This document shows, one piece after another, positions 7,013 to 15,282 of a stretch of DNA of 15,349 bases. The notes under the pieces were generated by a model. The model ran no database searches. It had not been told where the DNA came from and saw nothing but the letters and a program-made list of their open reading frames with translations. The stretch comes from Phycisphaerae bacterium. Lineage in GTDB: Bacteria > Planctomycetota > Phycisphaerae > FEN-1346. The stretch covers positions 1 through 15,349 of the forward strand of contig JAWODB010000008.1 of assembly GCA_046483505.1 (NCBI GenBank), given 5' to 3'. How positions within the stretch are numbered: the first letter of the stretch is position 1; each line of letters begins with the position of its first letter. The translations under genes were made by a program, and so were the position numbers.

Positions 7013-8491
7013 ATGGATACCGTCACGCCGTGGCCGATCCTGGCCGTCAACTTCCCGGTCGAGACGTTCCTCATCATCCTGATCGTCGTCGCGTCGATCT
7101 CGCTCCTGCTGTTCTTCATCCGGTGCTACCGGCGGTGCCCGTCGAACAAGGTGCTGGTCGTGTACGGCAAGACGGGCCGCGGCGCCGCCCGGTGCGTGCA
7201 CGGGGGGGCGGCGTTCGTCTGGCCGGTGTTCCAGGCGTGCCAGTACCTGGACCTGGAACCGTTCGTGGTGCCGATCGACCTGAAGAACGCCCTCTCGCAG
7301 GAGAACATCCGCGTCTCCGTGCCGACGACCGTGACGGCGGCCATCAGTTATGACGACACGCTCATGACGAACGCGGCCGTGCGCCTCTTGGGGATGACGC
7401 GGCAGGAGATCGAGCGGCAGGCCGAGGATATCATCCTGGGCCAGATGCGCGCCGTCATCGCGACGATGAAGATCGAGGAGATCAACCGCGACCGCCAGGG
7501 CTTCATGGCCCACGTCAACGACGCCGTGTCGGTGGAACTCGAGAAGATCGGCCTGGCGCTGATCAACGTCAACATCCGCGACATCACGGACGAATCGGGC
7601 TATATCGAGGCCATCGGCCGCAAGGCCGCCGCCGAGGTCATCAACCAGGCCGAGATCGACGTGGCCGAGCAGGAACGCCGCGGCAAGACGGGCGTGGCGG
7701 AACGCAACCGCGACATGCGCCGCGCCGTCGCCGCCTCCAACGCCGACGCCGAAATCGGCGAGGCCGAGGCCGACCGCGACCGCCGGCAGCGCGTGGCGGG
7801 CTTCGACGCCGAGGCGTACCAGGCCGAGACGGTCGCCAACGCCGCCAAGGCCGGCTACACCGCCGACCAACGTGTGGCGGAGGAGGGGGCCCGCGAGAAG
7901 GGCGAGTCCGCCGCCATGGAGGCCACCGGCGCCATCCGCGTGGCCGAGCAGAACGCCCAGCGGGAGGCCGAACTCGCCCGCGCCACGCGCGAGGAGGCGC
8001 GCCTGAAGGCCGAGGTCATCGTCCCCGCCGAGGCCCAGCGGAACCAGGTCGTCATCCAGTCGGAGGCCGAGAAACAGAAACGCGAGATCGTCGCCGAGGG
8101 CGAGGCCAACGCCATCCTCGCCCGCATGCGGGCCGAGGCCGACGGCACCCAGGCCGTCCTCGAGGCCAAGGCCGCCGGGTACGGGAACCTCATCCAGGCC
8201 GCCGCCGACGACCCGCAGACCGCCGCCTCGCTGCTCGTCATCGAGAAACTCGCCGAGGTGGCCCGCATCCAGGCCGAGGCCATCCGCAACCTGCCCATCG
8301 AGAAGATCATGGTGTGGGACGGCGGCGGGGAGAACGGCGGCATGGCGGGCCTCGGCAAACGCCTCGTCGGCGCCCTCCCGCCCATGCACGAACTCGCCAA
8401 GATGGTCGGCCTGGAACTGCCCGAGTTCCTCGGGTCGACGCGCGGCCAGGGGACCACGGCCCCGCCGCGGAGCGAGAACGTCGACGGGTGA
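7013..8491 (+). CDS. floT: Flotillin (SPFH/Band-7 family, FloT/YuaG/YqiK-like), 492 aa
   Basis: AAGGGGG Shine-Dalgarno 5 nt upstream of the ATG at 7013. N-terminal TM helix LIILIVVASISLLLFFI. SPFH domain with NIRDITDESGYIEAIGRKAAAEV. Long Ala/Glu-rich coiled-coil flotillin repeat region (AEAEADRDRR, EAELARATREEARLKAE). Genomic pairing with NfeD. Confidence 0.9.
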   Translation: MDTVTPWPILAVNFPVETFLIILIVVASISLLLFFIRCYRRCPSNKVLVVYGKTGRGAARCVHGGAAFVWPVFQACQYLDLEPFVVPIDLKNALSQENIRVSVPTTVTAAISYDDTLMTNAAVRLLGMTRQEIERQAEDIILGQMRAVIATMKIEEINRDRQGFMAHVNDAVSVELEKIGLALINVNIRDITDESGYIEAIGRKAAAEVINQAEIDVAEQERRGKTGVAERNRDMRRAVAASNADAEIGEAEADRDRRQRVAGFDAEAYQAETVANAAKAGYTADQRVAEEGAREKGESAAMEATGAIRVAEQNAQREAELARATREEARLKAEVIVPAEAQRNQVVIQSEAEKQKREIVAEGEANAILARMRAEADGTQAVLEAKAAGYGNLIQAAADDPQTAASLLVIEKLAEVARIQAEAIRNLPIEKIMVWDGGGENGGMAGLGKRLVGALPPMHELAKMVGLELPEFLGSTRGQGTTAPPRSENVDG

Positions 8492-8555
8492 CCGATAGTG
8501 GCATGAAGGTTTGTGTTCGCCGGCCCGCTTGCGGGCCGCGCGCCGTTTCCGGCGG

Positions 8556-8685
8556 TTAACGCTACAACGCTAAGTCGACCTTTTGCGCGGTGGGTCTGGG
8601 CACCCACCGCGCTCGAAACGGCCTTTGCAGGCCTGCGCGGCGGGTGCGGAGACCCGCCGCGCACGAGTTAGCGTTGTAGTGTTAA
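8556..8685. repeat. 78-bp short composite element (palindromic unit, GGCC-tttgca-GGCC hairpin, inverted unit; 8585..8662) embedded between an 18-bp inverted repeat, TTAACGCTACAACGCTAA / TTAGCGTTGTAGTGTTAA
   Basis: Left unit gcgcggtgggtctgggcacccaccgcgc (8585..8612). Right unit gcgcggcgggtgcggagacccgccgcgc (8635..8662). Outer inverted repeat 8556..8573 and 8668..8685 with 17 of 18 matches. The right arm overlaps the stop codon of the convergent minus-strand gene. Occupies the whole convergent intergenic region between floT and the 932-aa gene. Confidence 0.65.
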
Positions 8686-11480
8686 GGCCACACCGGCTCG
8701 CCCAACGTGATGACCGTGAGTTTGACCGGGGCGGCGGGCGGCCCGCCGCCCGCGGGTTGCTGCGAGACGAAGCGCAGGCGGTTCTCGCCCGCCGTCAGGA
8801 CGGGCCCGCGGTCCGGCGGCGAGACCACCGGCGCCACGTCGCCGCGCGCGTTACCGTTCGCATCGAAGATTTGCACCTTCCCCTCTCCCCCGTACTCCGC
8901 GTAATCGCCCGTCTTCAGGGTGAAGGGGACGGCCAGGCGGGCCTCGCCGACGGCGAGCGTCGGCCGCGCGACGGCCGCTTCCGATTCCGCCAGCGCCTCG
9001 ACGCGCACCACGCGGCACTGGACGGGTTGGTCCTTCGCCGCCCGCATCCACCGCAGGTTCAGCGCGACGATGCGCCCGTAATCGTAGCCGTACATCGCCG
9101 CCTTGAAGCGGTAGTTCGCGTGGGCGGGGCGGAACTCCGGCAGCATCCGCCCGGTCGTCGGCTCCGGAAGAATCACCGTCCGTTCGCCGCGGAACTCCAA
9201 ATCGATGTAATAATCGCGATACCGCTCGGCGGTGGATTCGAGTTGAACGTTCAGGACGGGGCAGGGCCCGCCGTCCTTGGCTTCAACTTCCGGCCCGTCG
9301 ACGCGGAGCGTGACGGCGAGCGCGCGGTGACCGAGCAGGTCGAGCGCCTTGCCGCCGGTCCCCGCCGGGCTGCGAGCGCCGGCATCTTCGGCGAAGCCGG
9401 TCATCTGCTCCGCGGGCGCCCGGTTGAACGCAACCCGGGCCGCCAGGGCGCCCGGCATCGGGTCCTCCTCCGCCGGCGGCGGGACCAAGGCCGGTTTCGC
9501 CGTCGCCAGGAGGACGCGGTTTGCCGCATCGCCCGGCCTCGCCAGCGCATGGCCCGCCTCCAGGCGGAAGGCGACCGGCTGCCTGCCGAAATCGTTGACG
9601 ACGGTCGCCTCCTGCCCGGCCGCCAGGCGATGCGTCTCGTAGACCACCGGCCGCAGGGTCGGCTTCTCGTCCGTCTCCTCCAGGTGCCACTCGCCTTCGC
9701 GAAGCCGTTCGCGCACGGCCGCCGGCACCTTGCCGGAGAGCCGCAGCCGTTCCCACCGGCCGAGGAGGCGGAGCATCTCTTCCGTCCGCCCGTTCTTCTT
9801 GAGTGAGGAGACGTGCGTCTCCATCGAGACGGGCGTGTCGAGGGCCAGCATGCGGGCGGCGTAGCACTCGACCTCGTCCGGACGCGTGGCGGGATTGTGC
9901 GGCGTGTGGGCCAGGAACCCCCACCAGCCGAGTTCGGCCGGCATGAAACTGCTCGTGTAGTGCCGCCACGAGTCCGCAATCTTGTGGTAATCGAGATATT
10001 CCTTTGGGGCCACCGCCGCGAAGTCGTCGCAGCACCCGCGCGCGAAGATGTGCCACGTCCACGGCGTGCCGCCGGACCCCTGGACGAGGAAGTCGCGCTC
10101 GATGCGGTTCCACACGGCCATCTGCTGCTGGCTGACCCAGTACCAGTACGGCCCGTTGGCGGCGTTGCACTCGCCGCCGTCGAAGTAGATCATGTCGAAC
10201 CCGCACCGGTTGATGAGGCCGGCGATGCGGTCGGCGATGCGGTCCTTGAGCGGGCCCCGCAGGTCCGCCAGGTACGAGCCGTACCGCTCGGCGAGGTGGG
10301 CGATGGTCGCGCCCGCCTTATGCGCCGCCGCCTTCGTCCCCGTGTAGCCGCGCGTGCAGCCGAGGAAGGTCCGGCGGCCGGGGCCGCCGATCTCGCGGTA
10401 GCGGACGATTTCGTCGCCGATCTGAAACGTCATCCCCTGCTTCGCGGCCCCGTAGTAGGCGGCCGCAGCGGGGAAGGCGTCGAGCGGCGTGGCCGAGCGA
10501 ATCTCCGTGGCCTTGGCGTCGACGTCGGCGGCGAGCCGCGCCTCGGCGTCCTTCAGCAGACCGGGATGCGGCACCGGCCGGACCAGCGGATCGTGCTTGT
10601 GGATGAAACTCGTCAGCATGTGGAGGCCGACCTTCAGGCCCGCCGCGTGGCATTTGCCGACCGTGGCCTTCAGGCTCGCCTCGCCGTCCGGGAAGTTCGT
10701 CTCGCGGATCGGGTACGACCCGAGCGACGTGGACCACGTGCCGCTGTACGTCATGACATACGTGAACTGGCCCATCTTCGCGTAGCGGATGACCTCGTCC
10801 ACGTTGGCCGCCGTCAGGTCGACGAAGAAGTACCCCCGGTTCACGTCCGGCGACGTCTTCGCCCAGTGGCCGTCGATGGTGGGGCAGGGGAGGCCCTGGT
10901 CGAGTTCGACCTGGCGGACCACGTCGAGCAGGTCCGGCGTGGGGGCGGCGATGAGGGCCGCCCGCCGGCCGTCCAGCCCGAATTCCTCATGCACCAGCGC
11001 CCGCATCCCGCCCGTGTGCACGCGGTCCGAGAGGCCCAGGAGGCAGACGGCGAAGGCGTCGTTCCATTGGACGTTCAGCCACCAGCCGCGACGCGCCGTG
11101 ACGGCCGGCCGTACCTGGGCCAGACAGCATTGCTCGACGCCCTCGCCGTGGACGGCCGCCAGTTCGAACACGATGTACCGCGGCCGCACGTCGACGGTGT
11201 AGACGGCGCTCGCGCCGGAGTCGGCGAACGTGATGACCAGGTGCTCGCCCTGGCGCTCGACGGCCGTGGCGGGGTACGTCTTGCTGCCCTTCCGGATGTA
11301 CGCGAAGCGCGTCGGCCGGTCGGCGAGCAACTCGCGGCCGGTCGGCTTGTGCGTGAGGCGTTTGCCGATGCCGTCGGCGCCGAGCACGAACGTGAAGGCG
11401 TCGTTCTCGAAGACGAGGTCGTCGGCCGCGGCGGGCAGGGCGGCCACGAGGAGGATCGGTGCGATGAGCACGGTTCGCAT
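8682..11480 (-). CDS. Large secreted protein of 932 aa with a cleavable signal peptide, unknown family, possibly a TIM-barrel glycosidase-like enzyme
   Basis: GAGG motif 6 nt upstream of the ATG at 11480. N-terminus MRTVLIAPILLVAALPAAADD is a signal peptide. Long uninterrupted high-third-codon-GC ORF. Contains segments such as CGFDMIYFDGGE and YVMTYSGTW, but I cannot assign a family without a search. Confidence 0.8.
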   Translation of the reverse strand: MRTVLIAPILLVAALPAAADDLVFENDAFTFVLGADGIGKRLTHKPTGRELLADRPTRFAYIRKGSKTYPATAVERQGEHLVITFADSGASAVYTVDVRPRYIVFELAAVHGEGVEQCCLAQVRPAVTARRGWWLNVQWNDAFAVCLLGLSDRVHTGGMRALVHEEFGLDGRRAALIAAPTPDLLDVVRQVELDQGLPCPTIDGHWAKTSPDVNRGYFFVDLTAANVDEVIRYAKMGQFTYVMTYSGTWSTSLGSYPIRETNFPDGEASLKATVGKCHAAGLKVGLHMLTSFIHKHDPLVRPVPHPGLLKDAEARLAADVDAKATEIRSATPLDAFPAAAAYYGAAKQGMTFQIGDEIVRYREIGGPGRRTFLGCTRGYTGTKAAAHKAGATIAHLAERYGSYLADLRGPLKDRIADRIAGLINRCGFDMIYFDGGECNAANGPYWYWVSQQQMAVWNRIERDFLVQGSGGTPWTWHIFARGCCDDFAAVAPKEYLDYHKIADSWRHYTSSFMPAELGWWGFLAHTPHNPATRPDEVECYAARMLALDTPVSMETHVSSLKKNGRTEEMLRLLGRWERLRLSGKVPAAVRERLREGEWHLEETDEKPTLRPVVYETHRLAAGQEATVVNDFGRQPVAFRLEAGHALARPGDAANRVLLATAKPALVPPPAEEDPMPGALAARVAFNRAPAEQMTGFAEDAGARSPAGTGGKALDLLGHRALAVTLRVDGPEVEAKDGGPCPVLNVQLESTAERYRDYYIDLEFRGERTVILPEPTTGRMLPEFRPAHANYRFKAAMYGYDYGRIVALNLRWMRAAKDQPVQCRVVRVEALAESEAAVARPTLAVGEARLAVPFTLKTGDYAEYGGEGKVQIFDANGNARGDVAPVVSPPDRGPVLTAGENRLRFVSQQPAGGGPPAAPVKLTVITLGEPVWP

Positions 11481-11592
11481 GGATGGCCTCGCTTTCTGCG
11501 GAGGGTGCAGGCGGACGGTGCGCCACGCGGTCCGGGCGCGTCCCCGTGTGCGGACACGATTCTAGGCCGGGGCGGGGATGGCTGCAAGGATT

Positions 11593-11621
11593 GCGAGAAG
11601 GTTCCAGCGCGAGAAGGTTCC
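11593..11621. repeat. Tandem direct repeat GCGAGAAGGTTCC x2 with 16-bp period, 113-141 bp upstream of the 932-aa gene start
   Basis: Identical 13-mers at 11593..11605 and 11609..11621. Possible regulator binding site. Confidence 0.35.
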
Positions 11622-11641
11622 GGGAGCCTTCTTTGATTTGA

Positions 11642-11705
11642 GCGCGGTGGGTCTCCGTACCCACCGCGCGCTGAGAGGTACGTGCGGCGGGTGCCCCCTC
11701 GGCTT
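11642..11705. repeat. Short copy of the palindromic element: intact left unit plus a degenerate right unit
   Basis: gcgcggtgggtctccgtacccaccgcgc (11642..11669) followed by gtgcggcgggtgccccctcggc (11683..11704), a decayed form of gcgcggcgggtgcggagacccgccgcgc. Confidence 0.6.
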
Positions 11706-11815
11706 CGCTCGGAACGGGCTCCAACCCCCGCGGACCTCCCCGCCTGTAAACGACTCCTGGAGCCTTTGTTCCGACGATTGCCGAGGTGGCTCGGCCGCGT
11801 CAAAGAATTCCGCGC

Positions 11816-11843
11816 TTGACACCCCCCCACCGGCCGATAGAAT
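11816..11843 (+). promoter_or_regulatory. Strong sigma-70 promoter for the tRNA: TTGACA-16-TAGAAT
   Basis: ttgaca at 11816..11821 and tagaat at 11838..11843. The tRNA 5' end at 11857 is 13 nt downstream of the -10 element. Confidence 0.55.
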
Positions 11844-11856
11844 ACAGTGAACGGAT

Positions 11857-12815
<959 letters not shown>

Positions 12816-13011
12816 CAACGGGCAGAACTGGCGCTGGCGCTTGAGCCGCTGGTGGCGGCAACCACTGGTTCGACTGCGTCGTCGGCTGCGCGGTCGGGGC
12901 CAGCATGGAAGGGGCGAGCCTGCCGGGTGAGGAGAGCCGGGCGGCCCGGCGCCGGAAAGGCCCGCGGCCGAGCCTGCGGCAACTGCGCGACCGGGCGCGG
13001 AAGGGAGCGTG

Positions 13012-13242
13012 ATGGACGACACGGGCCGCAAACCGAGCCTCCAGGATTACGCCGACCGGGCCCGGGAATCCGAGCGGGACGAGAGCAAGGGCCTCGTGTG
13101 CACCGAGTGCGGGTGCCGGGACTTCTTCGTGGTCTACACGCGGCCTGCATCGAGAGGCCGCATCGTTCGCCGCCGCCAGTGTCGCCACTGCGGGAAGCGG
13201 ATCAGCACCACCGAACGGCTGACGGGAGGCGGGCATGCGTAA
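13012..13242 (+). CDS. Small zinc-ribbon protein of 76 aa, Ogr/Delta-like putative transcriptional activator
   Basis: AGGGA 5 nt upstream of the ATG at 13012. CxxC-(~25)-CxxC arrangement (CTECGC...RRRQCRHCGKRISTTE) reminiscent of P2 Ogr (RYHQCQNVNCSATFITYE). Coding-like codon usage. The stop overlaps the next gene's start. Confidence 0.55.
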   Translation: MDDTGRKPSLQDYADRARESERDESKGLVCTECGCRDFFVVYTRPASRGRIVRRRQCRHCGKRISTTERLTGGGHA

Positions 13243-13744
13243 GAAGCCCATCCCGGACGAGGAGTTGCTGGCCATCGGCTACCGCCTCGCCGAGCGCCAC
13301 GGCGGCCAGGAGGCCGACACCGACGATGCGGCCCAGGACTTCTGCCTGGGCGTCCTGGAACGCCGGGCCAGGGGCGGGGCCGCCGAGAACCCCGGCGGCT
13401 ACGAGTACGTCGCCGGCCACAGCGAGCAGCGGCGCGGCGAGCGGAAGCGGTGGCGGGCCCGGAATCGCACCTCCCAACTCAATGGCCACGACCGTTCCAT
13501 GGCGGACGCCGACCCTCTCGCAAGTCTCTGTCAGGGTGAAGCCGCGGCTGCGGTCCGCGAGGCCCTTGCGGATTTGACGGAACTGGAGCGGGCCGTCCTC
13601 GTCCTGCGGTTCGGGCTCGATGGTGGGCCGACACGCAGCCAAACAGAGGTCGCACAACTGGTCCACCGCTCGCCGCAGCGGGCGGGCCAAATCGAGCGGC
13701 TTGCCTTGAGGTCCCTGAGGCGGGCTCTCGGCTGTCGCAGGTAG
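13235..13744 (+). CDS. Sigma-70 region-4 (HTH) domain protein of 169 aa; putative sigma-factor-like regulator lacking an obvious region 2
   Basis: GGAGG 5 nt upstream of the ATG at 13235, overlapping the previous gene by 8 nt. C-terminus LTELERAVLVLRFGLDGGPTRSQTEVAQLVHRSPQRAGQIERLALRSLRRAL is a canonical region-4.2 helix-turn-helix. High third-codon GC. Confidence 0.65.
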   Translation: MRKKPIPDEELLAIGYRLAERHGGQEADTDDAAQDFCLGVLERRARGGAAENPGGYEYVAGHSEQRRGERKRWRARNRTSQLNGHDRSMADADPLASLCQGEAAAAVREALADLTELERAVLVLRFGLDGGPTRSQTEVAQLVHRSPQRAGQIERLALRSLRRALGCRR

Positions 13745-13797
13745 GCGCCAAACGCGGGCCTACGCTGTCCGACACGCATTGAACCGCAAACCCGACG

Positions 13798-14568
13798 TCA
13801 AGTCCCTTTCTTCCGGCGCAGCAGTACGCCCAGACCGCCCACGGTCAGCAGAGCGAGCGTCGCGGGTTCGGGGGTCAACGTCACGTTGTCCATCCCGCCG
13901 TTGTCTTCGCCCCACCTGTATTCGCCACGGATTCTCAAGTCAGATACGTTCGACAGCGTCTGCTTGATTTCGGCCTCCGTGGCAACTAGGCCATACACCG
14001 TCGGTTGGGAGAGATCTCCGACAAACCATCCCGAAGAATCATCCAACAAGACCGTGTAACTTGTCCAAGTAGTGCCGGGATGGTAACCCGTATCGTATAC
14101 CAGCGTCAGCCCCTCCCCTACCAGAATCACATCAGCGAACTCCTCCCAGTGCGGGCTCGACGTATCCGACTGCCACAGGTCGAACGACAGCGTACCGCCG
14201 TAGCTCCAAGCGAGGTTCCCGTGGTATGTTGCAGGTGCTTGCCAGTACCAGACATCGCCACCGATGTTGACAGTATCATCCTGGGCCCAGATGTAGCCGC
14301 CTGGGTTTCCCCCGGTCGATCTGTGTTCGGGAGGGAAGGTTCTCCCGACAACGGCCCAGTCCTCCATGCTGGTATCGAACGTGCTGCTGATTGCCCCGGA
14401 TGCGCTAACAGCATGTCCCGCAACGAGTCCGACGCAGGCAACAAATGCTATCCACCTTACGTTCGCCGCTCCGCGCAAGCTGCACACTGACAGCCTGCCC
14501 AGGTTCTCTAGGCGAGCAACCGGCCATGCCACCCGATCCGCCAGTCCCACTTTCGCTCCTGCCTTCAT
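13798..14568 (-). CDS. PEP-CTERM sorting-signal protein of 256 aa, a secreted exosortase substrate
   Basis: AAGGAG Shine-Dalgarno 7 nt upstream of the ATG at 14568. Hydrophobic signal segment VRWIAFVACVGLVAGHAVSA. C-terminus ends LTPEPATLALLTVGGLGVLLRRKKGT, which is the PEP motif, a TM helix and an Arg/Lys cluster. Codon usage is lower in GC than upstream genes. Confidence 0.8.
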   Translation of the reverse strand: MKAGAKVGLADRVAWPVARLENLGRLSVCSLRGAANVRWIAFVACVGLVAGHAVSASGAISSTFDTSMEDWAVVGRTFPPEHRSTGGNPGGYIWAQDDTVNIGGDVWYWQAPATYHGNLAWSYGGTLSFDLWQSDTSSPHWEEFADVILVGEGLTLVYDTGYHPGTTWTSYTVLLDDSSGWFVGDLSQPTVYGLVATEAEIKQTLSNVSDLRIRGEYRWGEDNGGMDNVTLTPEPATLALLTVGGLGVLLRRKKGT

Positions 14569-14669
14569 CGTCCGTCTCCTTTCTGTGCCCTTGTTCTGCG
14601 CATGAAAATGGACCGTGCCCGCTTCACGCAGGCACAGCCCCGGACGCTCACACTCCCCCCGTCTCCCTC

Positions 14670-14703
14670 AAGGATACAATACCACGAGTATCCTGGATGT
14701 CAA
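14670..14703 (-). promoter_or_regulatory. Candidate promoter for the PEP-CTERM gene: minus-strand TTGACA (14698..14703) followed by the 22-bp palindrome GGATAC-N10-GTATCC (14672..14693)
   Basis: TTGACA read on the minus strand, with a weak -10 candidate (tattgt) about 16 nt downstream overlapping the palindrome. The palindrome could be an operator. Confidence 0.2.
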
Positions 14704-14723
14704 GAAAGTAGCGGGCGTATTCC

Positions 14724-14747
14724 CTGTCACGCGCCTTGTCACGCGCC
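14724..14747. repeat. Tandem direct repeat YTGTCACGCGCC x2
   Basis: ctgtcacgcgcc at 14724..14735 and ttgtcacgcgcc at 14736..14747, in the ~480-bp non-coding low-GC region upstream of the PEP-CTERM gene. Confidence 0.3.
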
Positions 14748-14936
14748 GGGTTGGTTTGCCCTCAGGCGCACGACGGTTCGTCATGAGCGGACAACCAATA
14801 TCTCCAAGTGTGACCCTACCTGGCCTTTCATTGCGGTCCCCCATCGTTTGCACAGACCACGCTCAGCTTTCTCGGAACAGGCTCACGGCAACCTACAACT
14901 CTACCAAGGAAGTAGTGAGATTCCAGGGAAACACTC

Positions 14937-14964
14937 TTGGCGGGATGCGTGGGGCCGCTAGAAT
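14937..14964 (+). promoter_or_regulatory. Candidate promoter TTGGCG-16-TAGAAT upstream of the small membrane ORF
   Basis: ttggcg at 14937..14942 and tagaat at 14959..14964, about 84 nt before the ATG at 15048. Confidence 0.25.
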
Positions 14965-15047
14965 AGACCTATTCCCGGGGACATTTTCTCGCCAGCGGAG
15001 AAGGGGCCGGGCCGATGGCACATCGCCCGCCAACCGGAGGTGCAATC

Positions 15048-15179
15048 ATGCAACTTGCCATTCCTATCATTGGGACCCTCATTGCTTTACTTACCATTGC
15101 GGGTCTCTGGGCGCAGTATGAGCTTCAGCGACGAGAGAGCGCTCAGAAGGAGCTCATGCTAGCCCCTGAACAAGCGTGA
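15048..15179 (+). CDS. Small 43-aa single-TM protein (MQLAIPIIGTLIALLTIAGLWAQYELQRRESAQKELMLAPEQA)
   Basis: Strong GGAGGT Shine-Dalgarno 6 nt upstream. Hydrophobic N-terminal helix. Not in the ORF track because it is under 60 aa. Lies in the low-GC block. Confidence 0.4.
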   Translation: MQLAIPIIGTLIALLTIAGLWAQYELQRRESAQKELMLAPEQA

Positions 15180-15205
15180 TTCTATGGTCTTTCGCGCAGA
15201 AAAGG

Positions 15206-15282
15206 CTCGAAATCCCTTTGCGGATGCGGTTAAGAAGAAGGTGCCGAAAACAATCGTCTTAACCGAAGAAAGGGATTTCGAG
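15206..15282. repeat. 77-nt nested palindrome: CTCGAAATCCCTTT...TTAAGAAGA...TCGTCTTAA...AAAGGGATTTCGAG
   Basis: Perfect 14-bp inverted repeat at 15206..15219 and 15269..15282, enclosing a second imperfect inverted repeat (ttaagaaga / tcgtcttaa). Positioned between the small ORF stop and the GTG of the next ORF. Confidence 0.45.

Noticed and set aside
5869-8389. Minus-strand ORFs 5869..7119 (416 aa) and 6854..8389 (511 aa)
   Set aside because: Antisense to the NfeD and flotillin genes, which have strong domain-level support. No signal or Shine-Dalgarno motif.
8583-11636. Plus-strand ORFs 8583..9806 and 9813..11636, and minus ORFs 9283..10206 and 9401..9979
   Set aside because: All lie inside or antisense to the 932-aa gene and give RG-rich translations. 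The first one starts inside the repeat element.
427-11705. Possibility that the repeated 28-bp units form a CRISPR array
   Set aside because: The units are palindromic but dispersed at irregular spacing of hundreds to thousands of bp, with intervening genes. They alternate in orientation. There is no constant spacer length and no cas genes.
12852-13577. ORF 12852..13577 (+, 241 aa) and antisense ORFs 13202..13690 and 13479..13779
   Set aside because: They overlap the better-supported Zn-ribbon and sigma-r4 genes in other frames and have low-complexity composition.
14615-15121. ORF 14615..15121 (+, 168 aa)
   Set aside because: No ribosome-binding site, incoherent composition (Arg/Ser/Thr/His-rich), and it spans a region that looks intergenic, with promoter motifs and tandem repeats. 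I prefer the 43-aa Shine-Dalgarno-led ORF at 15048.
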